64,000 nt of DNA from Dehalococcoidia bacterium (GCA_030740155.1 JASLXV010000032.1:64001-128000), one strand, 5' to 3'; counted from the first letter of the stretch, positions 1 to 9,899 are shown. Numbers and translations are program-made. Notes: generated by a model from the sequence alone, not told the origin.

Positions 1-867
1 CCGATGCGTCGCCGGGGATGGTTTGCGGGCCGCACCCGGAAGCAGTGCCACTCTCCGGCGGACAGGGGAGGCCCGAAGCCGGACCGAGGCAGCGGATGCT
101 CCTGGCTTCCGGCGGCGGGGGACAGCCCGGACAGTATTACAAGCCAGGACTCGAGGGCCGGAACCCGGTCTTCGACGGGCACCCGCCGGGCGGCCCGTTG
201 CAACGCGGCGTAGGAAGCCCGCGCCGCCAGTTTCAGGAACGGCTGCTGGTTGTTCCGGTACCCCAGCCCCTCCAGTATCCCTTCGTACAGCGTCTGGTCC
301 GGCTCCTGCTCCTTCAGGAAGGTCTGAAAACCGGCGCTCTTCAGGAGAAACCGATGGTCACCGGCCCGGTCCAGGAGTTCTCCCAACGCCGGTGGCGTGC
401 CGGGCCGCGGGTACCCCTGGCTTTCGAGTAGCGGCCACAGGCTGGGGGCAGGCCGGGCGCCCGGGGTCCCCTCCCTCCAGCAGGGCTGCCAAACAGACCA
501 CGGGGGCTTGCTGCCCGCTCTGCAGGCTGGTGACGGATGAGTCCACCTCGAGTGCGGCATGCAGGACGACCCCGTTGTAGTTGGGGTCCTTGCCGTGGCC
601 GTGGCTATCCCAGTCCCGTTGGCGAAGGTGAATCTCCACGTCCCCCTGGACCAGGCCCAGGCCCTCGATCTCGAGCAGGGCGTTCCGGAAGTCGGGCCCG
701 GCGGAATGGCCGGCGCGCCCGGGGTAGACCACCCGCACCCTGGCCCCGCCGCCGGTGCGGAGCCAGGCCTGCCGGGCGGCCCGTTTCCGCCAGAGGTCGG
801 CCAGCAGGCGCTCCGGGATGGCGTCTTGGCGCTTCCTCTTCCCGGCCGGGACGCGGGACGACGGCAT
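1..867 (-). pseudogene. DUF2851-family protein, frameshifted near 445-475 (pseudogene or sequencing indel); 3' end outside window
   Basis: N-part has YPGR..GPDF.NA..GDVEIH..DW..HGH..DPNY..VVLH. Another minus frame continues PSLWPLLESQGYP..LDRAGDHRF..QTLYEGILEGLGYRNNQQPF..W..FRVRPANHPRRRI to position 1. ATG 867 follows GAGG. Confidence 0.75.
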
Positions 868-1141
868 CGTCCTCAAGGTTGAGTCACTGTTCACCGTTGG
901 CGCCCTCGCCTCGCTCCGAGTTGATACCAAAATAGCACAGGCCCATAGTATTTGTCACCAAAACCCTCGGAAACGTCCCGGAGACGGCAATCCACGAGGA
1001 GGCACTTCCGGGAGACGAGGCTTTCCTGAAATGACGGCGCCCGTGACGGAGGCTGGGGCAAACCTGGCGCCGGGGCCGGCAAGCGGTTAGAATTCCAAGC
1101 GGGAAGATTGAACGGGAAGATTGAAAAGGAGGCCGGCCGCC

Positions 1142-1870
1142 GTGACGGAGCCGAAGCCCGCCGGAGGGTCCCTGACCCTGACCTACTACGGCCACTGCGC
1201 CTTTCTGTGGCAGACCGCCCAGGGGCTGCGGGTGCTGGCCGATCCCTACCGGAACCGCCACGACCGCTACTGGTTCACCCGCCGGTTCCCCCGGGTGGAA
1301 TGCGACCTGGCCCTGATAACCCACGCCCACTTCGATCACGATGCCGCCGATCGCCTGTCCGAGACCACCTCGGTGCTCCGGATGCCGGGGCATTTTCAAC
1401 ACCGGGATATGTCCATCCGGGGTATCCGGGACATCCACGCCGGCCGCTCCGGGCGGCTCAACATGCCCAACGTCATGTACCGGCTGGAGGCCAACGGCAT
1501 TAGCTTCCTCCACCTGGGGGACAACCGGGTTGACATGCTTCCCGCGGCGCGCCAGGCCATAGGACAAATCGACGTGCTGCTAGTCACCGTGGACGATTCC
1601 TGCCACCTTCTCAGCTACCAGCAGGTGGACTCTTTGATCGCTGAGCTGAACCCCCGAATCGTCGTTCCCATGCACTACCTGATCCCCGGGCTGATCCCCG
1701 AGTCTACTAGCCTACGGTCCCCCGACGGCTGGCTGGCCACCCAGTCCGAGGTCCGGCGGCTGAACTCCCACAGTATCACCCTGTCCCCCGGGGACCTGCC
1801 CGGAACCACCCAGGTCTGGGTCTTCGAGCCCTCTCCGGAGTCGCTGACCGCGCCGACGGTTCAGGCCTGA
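1142..1870 (+). CDS. MBL-fold metallo-hydrolase (Lactamase_B_3-like)
   Basis: GHCAF, ADPY, THAHFDH, HLGD and PMHY motifs; GTG 1142 follows AAGGAGG. Confidence 0.85.
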   Translation: MTEPKPAGGSLTLTYYGHCAFLWQTAQGLRVLADPYRNRHDRYWFTRRFPRVECDLALITHAHFDHDAADRLSETTSVLRMPGHFQHRDMSIRGIRDIHAGRSGRLNMPNVMYRLEANGISFLHLGDNRVDMLPAARQAIGQIDVLLVTVDDSCHLLSYQQVDSLIAELNPRIVVPMHYLIPGLIPESTSLRSPDGWLATQSEVRRLNSHSITLSPGDLPGTTQVWVFEPSPESLTAPTVQA

Positions 1871-2054
1871 GGAAATCGGCGCTCCCGGCAGGCGGTTTGG
1901 GCGTCCGGCGTGGGACCCGCATCAACCATATTCCCGTTTCTTGAGGTGGTATCGCTAACCCTCTGGCTGTGGCGGCAACCCCTGGCCTTCTTTGGCCGAG
2001 CTATCGCGTTAGCTCTACTTCCCCTCTCTAAGCCTGACGTTCGTCAGGAGACCT

Positions 2055-2915
2055 TCACCCCGAGTCCATACCGTAAAAGAAGTCGGCATCCACCTTCTCC
2101 CCGCCCCGGACCGGGGGGAAGGCCCGGATGTACTGTTCCTTACCCAGGATGCCGGCCGCGACCTCCCGGGGCACCCGGTTGTAGGGCCAGTCCGGGCCCG
2201 TCTGGGTGCGGTGGCAGAGGATGGAGGCGATCTTGGTCTCCAGGTGGCCGGCCAGGTCCAGCTCCACGTGGATCTCCTCCGGGGGGCTGCCGTGCTCCGC
2301 CTGCTCCGGCGGGGGCAGGGGTACGTCGAGCCCGGCTTCTCGCAGCTTCAGGGCCCATTGGGTGCGGAACCCCTGGGGCCGGGTGCAGTAGAAGAGACGA
2401 TCGGCCGCATGGTGCCCCTGGCCGCCCGTTAGGATGGAGGGGAAGGCCGCCGGGTCGGAGGCCAGCCGGAAGGCTTCGGTGGCGTGACGGCACACCGCGA
2501 TGTGGTCGGGGTGGCCAGACAGGCCCCCTGGCTCGAAGGTGAGCACCACCTGGGGCCGGAAGCGGCGAATCTCGGCGACGAGACGCTCCACCACCTCGGC
2601 GGCGGTGGCGTTGATGTAGGCGTTGGGGTGCCCGTTGGAGGGGGTACCGGGCATTCCCGAGTCGCGGTAGCCCAGGACCTGGTTGCTCGAAAGGCCCAGG
2701 ACCCGGACGGAGCAATCCAACTCCTGGCGCCGGACGGAGGCCAGGGTCTCCCGGGTGGCCGCGCCCTCCTCCCGGATCTCCCCTTCCTCACCCAGGGTGG
2801 CGGTAATCAGGCGGATATCCACGCCCCGGGCCGCGTGGGCGGCCAGGGCTCCCCCAACGGGGAAGGCCTCGTCGTCGGGGTGGGCGAAGCACACCAGCAG
2901 CCGAAAGCCGGGCAT
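2055..2915 (-). CDS. PIG-L/LmbE family deacetylase (MshB/Mca-like)
   Basis: AHPDDE, T.GEEGE, YRDSGM, GHPDH and H.TQ motifs; ATG 2915 follows AGGAGAGG. Confidence 0.9.
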   Translation of the reverse strand: MPGFRLLVCFAHPDDEAFPVGGALAAHAARGVDIRLITATLGEEGEIREEGAATRETLASVRRQELDCSVRVLGLSSNQVLGYRDSGMPGTPSNGHPNAYINATAAEVVERLVAEIRRFRPQVVLTFEPGGLSGHPDHIAVCRHATEAFRLASDPAAFPSILTGGQGHHAADRLFYCTRPQGFRTQWALKLREAGLDVPLPPPEQAEHGSPPEEIHVELDLAGHLETKIASILCHRTQTGPDWPYNRVPREVAAGILGKEQYIRAFPPVRGGEKVDADFFYGMDSG

Positions 2916-3309
2916 AGAACCTCTCCTGCGAAGCCCCCGCCGCGCCTCTGGCGCCCTTGGCTGCCAGGCAACTCTCCCGGTTCCGGTCCCGGAGGGCCGC
3001 CGGGCCATGAACCTCCGGTTGGCGGTCACATTTCCCGGTCCCACCGGGCGGTCGGGCGGGATGGGGTACGGCCGGGTTTCTGATAGAGGACTTTTATTGG
3101 ACGGCGTCCGGGGACGGCGACCGGTGCTCCTCGCCCTCGGTTGACGGAATCGTCCCGCCGGCCCCTGACGCCAGTGTACGGGGAGCTACATGGGTAGTCA
3201 ACGGAGGTAGTCAACGGAGCCGGTTCCGGCGGCTACCCACTTCCCATCCGATGGCTATCGTACCCATATCGAGGCACGGGCGAAGTCGCGGGACCGGCCT
3301 CCACTCTTT

Positions 3310-3400
3310 CGTCTTTCCGGCGCAGGCCGGAATCCAGATAAGCTCCGCCTGGTTCCCGCCCCCGGATCCAGTCCGGGGCCGGCTCTTCGGCGGGATGACG
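3310..3400. repeat. CGTC-type REP-like palindromic element
   Basis: cgtctttccggcgcaggccggaatccag ... ggcgggatgacg with internal ccccggatccagtccgggg; related to 50858-50924. Confidence 0.6.
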
Positions 3401-3855
3401 GGCCGGGTATCAAGCCGTTGGCGGAACACCGGCGCCCGGTCAACTTGATGCTGATACATGTCATCCCGAGCGAACCAAGGTAGGACATACCGCTAGAACC
3501 GAGTTACCTGAGTAACAGACCGGAGTTCACTGCGGAGCCGGGGAGTTCAACGGAGCATCGAGCGGCCAGAGAGATGAAACGAACGGTTTTCGCGGCCCGG
3601 AGTCCCGGGCAGCGAGAGTCGGCGGGCTGTGGTTTTAGGTGAGACGGCCCGGAACCCCGTTGGGAGATGGTGGTGGGGTCTTGGACGCCGGGGGGAGGCC
3701 GCCGCGCCGGCGGGTAGTGACACCCGGCCCCCGGATACTGCGGTCCCTCCGGAGATATCGGCCGGAGATATCGAGAGGTGGCGGTCCGCGGTTCTACCGG
3801 CGGGCTGTCGATGCAGCCTCCTGGTCGGGCGGGCCGGCCGGCCCGGTAAAGGGGC

Positions 3856-3999
3856 CTAGTCGGAGGATGGCAGCTTCCGGGGTTGCTGCAACTCCATCTC
3901 GGCTTCACAGCAGTGGATTACTCCCTCACCGTTCTTGGTGCACAGAACACTGCTGCCGCATTCGGCGCAGACGTACCGCTTGCCTAGCTGGTTGGCCAT
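3856..3999 (-). CDS. Desulforedoxin-like small metal-binding protein (47 aa), not in ORF track
   Basis: MANQLGKRYVCAECGSSVLCTKNGEGVIHCCEAEMELQQPRKLPSSD*; CxxC-x15-CC; GGAGG RBS upstream. Confidence 0.85.
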   Translation of the reverse strand: MANQLGKRYVCAECGSSVLCTKNGEGVIHCCEAEMELQQPRKLPSSD

Positions 4000-4049
4000 G
4001 GGTCAGTCCTCCAAGGAAACGGGTCCGCGGCCGCCGAGGGGTCGGCGGA

Positions 4050-4169
4050 CTATTTCTTGATTTCCATAACCTGTTTGCAACAGGCGATTGCGCCTTCGCC
4101 ACCCTTGGTCACGATGAACTCCGCGCCGCACTGGGCGCATACGTAGCGCTTCCCGGTCTGGTTAGCCAA
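4050..4169 (-). CDS. Desulforedoxin-like small metal-binding protein (39 aa), not in ORF track
   Basis: TTG start; MANQTGKRYVCAQCGAEFIVTKGGEGAIACCKQVMEIKK*; CxxC-x15-CC; AGGGGG RBS upstream. Confidence 0.85.
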   Translation of the reverse strand: MANQTGKRYVCAQCGAEFIVTKGGEGAIACCKQVMEIKK

Positions 4170-4332
4170 GTAGTCAGCCCCCCTATCCGCGAGACACCTC
4201 GCACTTCGTCAGCCCATTATAGACAACAGGCCCTTGGGATTCAACTCACGCCCGCGGACCCCCTAGGAGCGGCTCCCCGGGCCCCTGCCTTTACCTTCAT
4301 GGAGACCGGAAATCGGGAACGTAGACCGGGAA

Positions 4333-5598
4333 TCAGGAACCGGCCGCGCCGCCGTGACCCGCAGTGTCCAGGTGGGGCATGGACATGACCGGGGTGCGGT
4401 TCTGAAGGTATTCTTCGGTGACGAAGGGCGAGCCGAACCCGAAACCCTCGGCGCACTCCCGCACCACCTCCAGGACTTCGGCGCGCAGGGTCAGCGGCGC
4501 CGGCTCCACTCCGCCCTGGATGATGCTGCGGATGAAGGTCCCGGAGAGGTCCTGTTTCAACTCGCGGTGGCCGCACAGCCCTTCGTAGGCGACCCCGGCG
4601 CACACCGGGCAGTACCACCATTCGAGGGTGAGCACCGACCTAATGCCCAGGTCGGGCAGGCTGTCGAATACCTGGTGGGCGGCGTAGGTGTCGTAGTAGC
4701 TGCCGACTCCCGCGTGGTCCCGGCCGAACATGTGGTGGGTGCAGCCCAGGTTCTTGCGAACCAGGGCGTGGAAGACGGCTTCACGGGGTCCCGCGTACCG
4801 CATATCCCACAGCAGGACCGAGGTCAGATGGACGTCGGGACGGAAGAAACCGGCTTCCCGCAGCCGGTCGTGGGCCAGGACGATGGCCTCGTCGATGAAG
4901 TCGCCCGTCTTCTTCTCGCCAACCACGGCGCTTACCAGGACCCCGTCGGCCTGGGCCGCCAGGAACGCCCCCTTCATCAGCCACTCGTGGCCTGAGTGGG
5001 GAACATTGCGGGTCTGGTGGGCCACGACCCGGTTCCAGTCCCGCTCGGCCAACGCCTGGCGGAGCTGGCGGGGCGTGTGCCAGAACCGGTCGAAGGGCGG
5101 GTTGATCACCGGCGGGTTGACCAGGGTCACCGGGCCGCCCAGGAACCGCTCCTGGTAGGCATAGGTGCGCTGGACCCCAGGGTGGGCCGTGTCGGTGGTC
5201 CCGTAGATCTGCCGGGCCAGGTACTCCAGGTCGAGGGTGAAAATCTCTTCCACGTCCAGCACCGCCAGGGGCTCTCCCTGGTAGGTCAAGAGCAAAGAAT
5301 CTCCCGTTTTCGTCCCCAGGCCGTCCAGCTCTTCCTGGGAGATGTCGAAGACGATCGGGATGCTCCAAACGTAGCCGCTGGCGAGGGTCATGTCCCGGGC
5401 CACCGCGTCCACGTCCGCCCGGCCCATGAAACCCTCGAGGGGCGAGAAGAACCCGTAGGCAAGGTTGAGCACCTCACGGGCCACCTGGTCTCGTACCGCC
5501 AACTGGGGCAGGCCGCGAATCCTCTCCCTCGCTTCCTCGGGCGCTATGACCCGGGCCACCAGGGTTCCTCCATGGGGCGACAGGGCGTTATCTACCAA
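4333..5598 (-). CDS. sat: Sulfate adenylyltransferase (ATP sulfurylase)
   Basis: PHGG.L, FSPLEGFM, QTRNVPHSGHE, MRYAGPREAVFHALVRKNLGCTH, GRDHAGVG and a CPVC..CGH zinc site. Confidence 0.95.
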   Translation of the reverse strand: MVDNALSPHGGTLVARVIAPEEARERIRGLPQLAVRDQVAREVLNLAYGFFSPLEGFMGRADVDAVARDMTLASGYVWSIPIVFDISQEELDGLGTKTGDSLLLTYQGEPLAVLDVEEIFTLDLEYLARQIYGTTDTAHPGVQRTYAYQERFLGGPVTLVNPPVINPPFDRFWHTPRQLRQALAERDWNRVVAHQTRNVPHSGHEWLMKGAFLAAQADGVLVSAVVGEKKTGDFIDEAIVLAHDRLREAGFFRPDVHLTSVLLWDMRYAGPREAVFHALVRKNLGCTHHMFGRDHAGVGSYYDTYAAHQVFDSLPDLGIRSVLTLEWWYCPVCAGVAYEGLCGHRELKQDLSGTFIRSIIQGGVEPAPLTLRAEVLEVVRECAEGFGFGSPFVTEEYLQNRTPVMSMPHLDTAGHGGAAGS

Positions 5599-5643
5599 TT
5601 CTCAATCCTTTCCCGCAGTTGTGTGAAGTCTGGCCAAGGGCTA

Positions 5644-5672
5644 ATTTTGCCTTTGCGAGTCCAGCGTGTCAA
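5644..5672 (-). promoter_or_regulatory. Putative sigma70 promoter of sat
   Basis: TTGACA-17 nt-CAAAAT on minus strand; a TATAAT at 5691-5696 on plus may serve the divergent gene. Confidence 0.5.
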
Positions 5673-5755
5673 CTGAGATAGCCGGGGGGGTATAATACAA
5701 GCCGCCCAAACGACCGGCCCGAATTGGGCCAAGGACGGGTTCTTTAGGAGGGGCT

Positions 5756-5793
5756 TCTGGGGAACCCTTTCTTGCAAGAAAGGGTTCCCCAGA
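5756..5793. repeat. Perfect 38-bp palindrome with imperfect outer arms
   Basis: tctggggaaccctttcttg|caagaaagggttccccaga. Confidence 0.85.
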
Positions 5794-5827
5794 CCCTTCC
5801 CAAAGAAACTCAGGCTGGAGGTTTAAG

Positions 5828-6292
5828 ATGCGGATCGAACAGAAGATAGCGGACATGGGACTGGAGTTGGCCGCGCCGAGCGCCCCCATCGCCAACTTTG
5901 TCCCCACGGTGCGGACCGGGAACCTGCTGTTTGTGTCGGGTCATATCCCCAGATTGCCCGACGGCTCGGTGCTTCATCCCGGCAAAGTGGGTCGGGAGCT
6001 GTCCGTCCAGCAGGGGTACGAGGCGGCCAAGCTGGCCATGGTGAACTGCCTGGCCAGCATCAAAGCGGCCCTGGGCGATCTGGACAAGGTGCGGCAGGTG
6101 GTCAAGCTGCTGGTGATGGTCAACGCGTCTTCCGAGTTCGACCGGCAATTCCTGGTGGGCAACGGGGCCTCCGACCTGCTGGTGGAGCTGTACGGAGACC
6201 AGGGGCGCCACGCCCGCTCCGCCGTGGGGATGGGCAGCCTGCCCCGGGGGGCCTGCGTGGAGATAGAGATGATCGTCGAGGTGGCGGATTAG
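5828..6292 (+). CDS. RidA/YjgF family protein
   Basis: GNLLFVSGH, NGASDLL, HARSAVG, LP.GACVEIE. Confidence 0.9.
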   Translation: MRIEQKIADMGLELAAPSAPIANFVPTVRTGNLLFVSGHIPRLPDGSVLHPGKVGRELSVQQGYEAAKLAMVNCLASIKAALGDLDKVRQVVKLLVMVNASSEFDRQFLVGNGASDLLVELYGDQGRHARSAVGMGSLPRGACVEIEMIVEVAD

Positions 6293-6309
6293 GCGCCGGT
6301 TCAGTTGAT

Positions 6310-6376
6310 TGTCATTCCGAGCGAAGGGAGGAATCTCAACGTAAGCAAGAGATTCCTCCCTTCGCTCGGAATGACA
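6310..6376. repeat. REP-like inverted repeat (28-bp perfect arms) between convergent genes; may also terminate transcription
   Basis: tgtcattccgagcgaagggaggaatctc-11 nt-gagattcctcccttcgctcggaatgaca. Confidence 0.85.
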
Positions 6377-6461
6377 GCCCTGGGGGAACCGGGCCGCCTG
6401 AGCACGGAGCTCTGGGCGCCAAGCCGGAGGCGGCACCCACACTTGACCGCTGACCGCTCGC

Positions 6462-8204
6462 CTACGACTGCCGGTAGCGGTTGACGATGGGCAGGCGGCG
6501 GTCTTTGCCGAAGGCCCGGGGGGTTATCTTGACCCCCGGCGGCGCCTGGCGGCGCTTGTACTCATTGCGGTCGACGAAGGCGATCACCTGGCTCACCACC
6601 CGGGGGTCGGCGCCCATGGCCACCATCTCCTGGTAGCTGCGGTCCTCCTCCACGTAGGCCTTGATCACCGGGTCCAGCACTTCGTAGGGGGGCAGCGTGT
6701 CCTCGTCCAGCTGGTTCTCCTTCAGTTCAGCGGAGGGCGGTTTATTGATTATGGCATCGGGAATCGCCGGAAGGGGCGTTCCATGCTGGTTGCGCCAGCG
6801 GCAAAGACGGTAGACCAGGGTCTTGGGTACGTCCTTGATGATCGCGAAGCCGCCGGCCATGTCCCCGTAGAGGGTGGCGTAGCCCATGGCCATCTCGCTC
6901 TTGTTGCCGGTGGCCAGCACGATCCAGCCGAACTTGTTGGAGATGGCCATGAGGATGTTGCCCCGGATTCGGGATTGGATGTTTTCTTCGGCCACGTTGG
7001 GATCGGTGCCCCGGAAATAGGGCTCGAGCATGCCCTCGAAGGCCAGGTGAGCCTGCTCAATGGGCACCGTCCAGAGGTCGATGCCCAGGTTGTCGGCCAG
7101 CTCCTTGGAATCGCTGATGCTGCCCTCCGAAGAGAACCGGGAGGGCATGGTGATACCGACCACGTTGCCCGGTCCCAGGGCGTCCACGGCGACAGTGGCG
7201 GTAAGGGCCGAGTCCACCCCACCCGACAGCCCAATCAGCGCCTTGGTGAAGCCGGATTTGCGCAGATAGTCCTTGGTTCCCAGCACCAGGGCGTTGTAGA
7301 CTCCCTCCACTTTGTCCATGGTCGGGGCCAGGGATGTTTCGGCCAGAGGCGGGCGCTCCCTGGGCTGGTGATCGGAAACGTGAATCACCTTGGAGTTGCC
7401 GATCTCCCGCAATATCGTCGGGTCTTCCTTGCGAGGGCGTGGGTCGCGCAGCCGGGAGCGGAAAACCGCATCGATGTCAAGGTCGGCGGTAATCAGCGAA
7501 TCCCGGAACGCGGGACCCCGGGCCACCGGCTCTCCGGCCATGTCGCAGACCAAGCTGGCTCCGTCGAAGACCAACTCGTCTTGGCCGCCGACGATATTCA
7601 GGTGGGCCACGAAGACCTCGTTGTCCGCGGCCCGAGTAGCGATCATCTTCTCCCGGTAATCGCGCTTCCCGGAGTAGAAAGGCGAGGCGTTGATATTCAC
7701 GATGAGTTCGGCGCCCGCCTCCCGCTGCACCGCGATGGGGCCTACCGGGTACCAGGCGTCCTCGCAGATGTTCACGCCGATGCCGACGCCGTTGATGATG
7801 TACACTGGGCAGGTATCACCCCGGCGGAAGTAGCGGTCCTCGTCGAACACGCCGTAGTTGGGGAGGTACATCTTCTGGTAGCTGTCGATCAGCTTGCCGT
7901 CGTAGCCCAGGGCCGCGGCGTTGGAGATGTCGGCGCCCACCTGGACGTATCCCACCACCACGGCGAGGCCCCGGGAGGCGGCAACCACCTTCTCCATGGC
8001 CGCCACGTTGTCTCGCAGGAAGGAAGTCTTGAACAGCAGGTCCTCCGGGGGATACCCGGTGGTGGCCAACTCCGGAAAGGCGACCATGTCGGCCTGGACT
8101 TCCCGGGCCCCTTCAAGGGCTTCCAGCATCAGCGCGGTGTTGCCGGGAATGTCTCCGACGGTGGGGTTGATCTGGGCCATGGCCAGCCGAAAAGTACGCG
8201 GCAT
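6462..8204 (-). CDS. nadE: Glutamine-dependent NAD+ synthetase
   Basis: Nitrilase domain (FPEL..GYPPEDL, LPNYGVFDE.RYF, ICED) plus synthetase domain (GLSGGVDSA, ENIQSRIRG, TGNKSE, YGDMAGG, PPSAEL, EYKRRQ). Confidence 0.97.
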   Translation of the reverse strand: MPRTFRLAMAQINPTVGDIPGNTALMLEALEGAREVQADMVAFPELATTGYPPEDLLFKTSFLRDNVAAMEKVVAASRGLAVVVGYVQVGADISNAAALGYDGKLIDSYQKMYLPNYGVFDEDRYFRRGDTCPVYIINGVGIGVNICEDAWYPVGPIAVQREAGAELIVNINASPFYSGKRDYREKMIATRAADNEVFVAHLNIVGGQDELVFDGASLVCDMAGEPVARGPAFRDSLITADLDIDAVFRSRLRDPRPRKEDPTILREIGNSKVIHVSDHQPRERPPLAETSLAPTMDKVEGVYNALVLGTKDYLRKSGFTKALIGLSGGVDSALTATVAVDALGPGNVVGITMPSRFSSEGSISDSKELADNLGIDLWTVPIEQAHLAFEGMLEPYFRGTDPNVAEENIQSRIRGNILMAISNKFGWIVLATGNKSEMAMGYATLYGDMAGGFAIIKDVPKTLVYRLCRWRNQHGTPLPAIPDAIINKPPSAELKENQLDEDTLPPYEVLDPVIKAYVEEDRSYQEMVAMGADPRVVSQVIAFVDRNEYKRRQAPPGVKITPRAFGKDRRLPIVNRYRQS

Positions 8205-8364
8205 AAGCACCCCATGAAACGTTGTACGCGAGTATACATACTGCAACTGCAGTTTGCCAATGATTGTCCCGTCCCCGCCTTCAGGCCGGCCTCTTGACCG
8301 GCCGGCCCGGGAGCGACGGTTCGATGCCGGCCCCGAGTGGCTGTTTCCTGAAGCCGCGGCCCCG

Positions 8365-9672
8365 ATGACGGGCGCGCCGTTGGGGGGCCGGCTGGCCCGG
8401 ACATTACCCTTCTACTACGGGTGGATCGTCCTGGCAGCAACCGGAATTACGAGCCTCTCCACCAGGCCGCTGATGGCCGTGAGCACATTGTCCGTGTTCG
8501 TGGTGCCGATGACGGCCCACTTCGGCTGGTCCCGAGGCCTCTTTTCCGGTGCGGTCAGCCTGGGTGGCCTGGTCGCCGTGGCCATATCTCCCTTCGTGGG
8601 ACGGTGGATCGACCGGTACGGAGCCGGGCCGGTTCTGGCGGTGACCTCTCTGGTGGCGGGAGGTTGCGCCATCGGCCTGGCCCTAATCGGCCAGGTCTGG
8701 GCCTTCTACGCGCTGTATGTGCCGGGGCGGGCGGTCTTCGCCGGCCCGTTGGAGTTGAGCACCACGACGGCCGTCAGCAACTGGTTCCTGCGCCGCCGGC
8801 CCCTGGCCCTCGGCTTCTTTGGTGTGTCTCAAGGCACCGGGCTGGCGCTCATGCCGCTGGTTGCTCAGGCTATTATCGGCGGCTGGGACTGGCGGGTGGC
8901 CTGGGCTTCCCTCGGTATATACACGATCTTCGTCGGCGTGCTGCCGCCGCTCTTGCTCATCGGGAGGCGGCCCGAGGACATGGGGTTGGAAGTTGACCCC
9001 GCCTCGGCGGACGCCCCGGGACCGTCGGACCGCGCCTCCGTCGCCGGGAAGGAGGCGAGCGCCGCATCGGCCGAAGTCCACTTCACGGTGCGGGAGGCCA
9101 TCCACACCCGGGCCTTCTGGTTCTTGGCCGCCTTCTCCGCCGCCGGGTTCATGGCCCAGGCCGGGGTCGCCCTTCATCAGGTGCCCCATTACGTGGACCA
9201 GGGCGTGCCTCCTTCGTCGGCGGCCTTCCTGGCCAGCACCTTTGCCCTGTTCATAGTTCCGGCCGGACTGATCTGGTCCCCGTTGACGAGACGGGTCCCG
9301 GCCCGCTTCCTCCTGGCCTGCGCCGGGCTCAGCGTTGCCCTGGGAGCGCTGACAACCGGGCTGACCGGGACGATGGGTTGGGGACTGCTGGCTTCCGCCG
9401 CCCTGGGAAACGGGGTAGGAGGTATGCTCTTTCTGCTCCGGCTGACCTGGGCCGACTACTACGGACGGAGACACCTGGGCGCCATCCGGGGCTTGACGCT
9501 GCCGGTCCAGGTTGGAGGCCAGGCGTTCGGGCCGGTCCTGTCCGGGTTCATCTTCGACGCCACCGGCAGCTATCGAGCGGCATTCTTCCTGTTCGCCGCC
9601 GGCGCATTACTCGTGTCGTTGGCCGTGCTTGCCGGTACCCCGCCGAAGAGACCGGCCCCGTCGCCCCGGTGA
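8365..9672 (+). CDS. MFS transporter (OFA-like); start uncertain (8254-8365)
   Basis: FYYGW, GRWIDRYG, W.DYYGRRHLGAIRG; about 12 hydrophobic segments. Confidence 0.88.
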   Translation: MTGAPLGGRLARTLPFYYGWIVLAATGITSLSTRPLMAVSTLSVFVVPMTAHFGWSRGLFSGAVSLGGLVAVAISPFVGRWIDRYGAGPVLAVTSLVAGGCAIGLALIGQVWAFYALYVPGRAVFAGPLELSTTTAVSNWFLRRRPLALGFFGVSQGTGLALMPLVAQAIIGGWDWRVAWASLGIYTIFVGVLPPLLLIGRRPEDMGLEVDPASADAPGPSDRASVAGKEASAASAEVHFTVREAIHTRAFWFLAAFSAAGFMAQAGVALHQVPHYVDQGVPPSSAAFLASTFALFIVPAGLIWSPLTRRVPARFLLACAGLSVALGALTTGLTGTMGWGLLASAALGNGVGGMLFLLRLTWADYYGRRHLGAIRGLTLPVQVGGQAFGPVLSGFIFDATGSYRAAFFLFAAGALLVSLAVLAGTPPKRPAPSPR

Positions 9673-9899
9673 GGCTGAAACGGGGGTGATCCCGAGCGGG
9701 GTGTGCCCTGACCGGTTTCGGTCGGCCATTGTGTATACTAAGGCGTCTTGTTTCAGCCATTGCAACAAACCCCTCTGGCAACCGGCGGGTGGAAAGTGCA
9801 GTCCGGCTCGGGCAACGGCTCCGCTCGACTGAATTTCCGGCAGGCGGACGACGGGCTGGGACGTGGTGGGGGCGGCATCGCTCTGGCATTGAGGCTCAG

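Noticed and set aside
4333..5598. Dissimilatory sulfate reduction locus
   Set aside because: No aprAB, qmo or dsr genes in the window; sat alone does not indicate pathway direction.
6783..8297. Long antisense ORFs (also 40854-42362, 57848-59371, 59566-60747 and others)
   Set aside because: Shadow ORFs opposite well-supported genes, expected at high GC.
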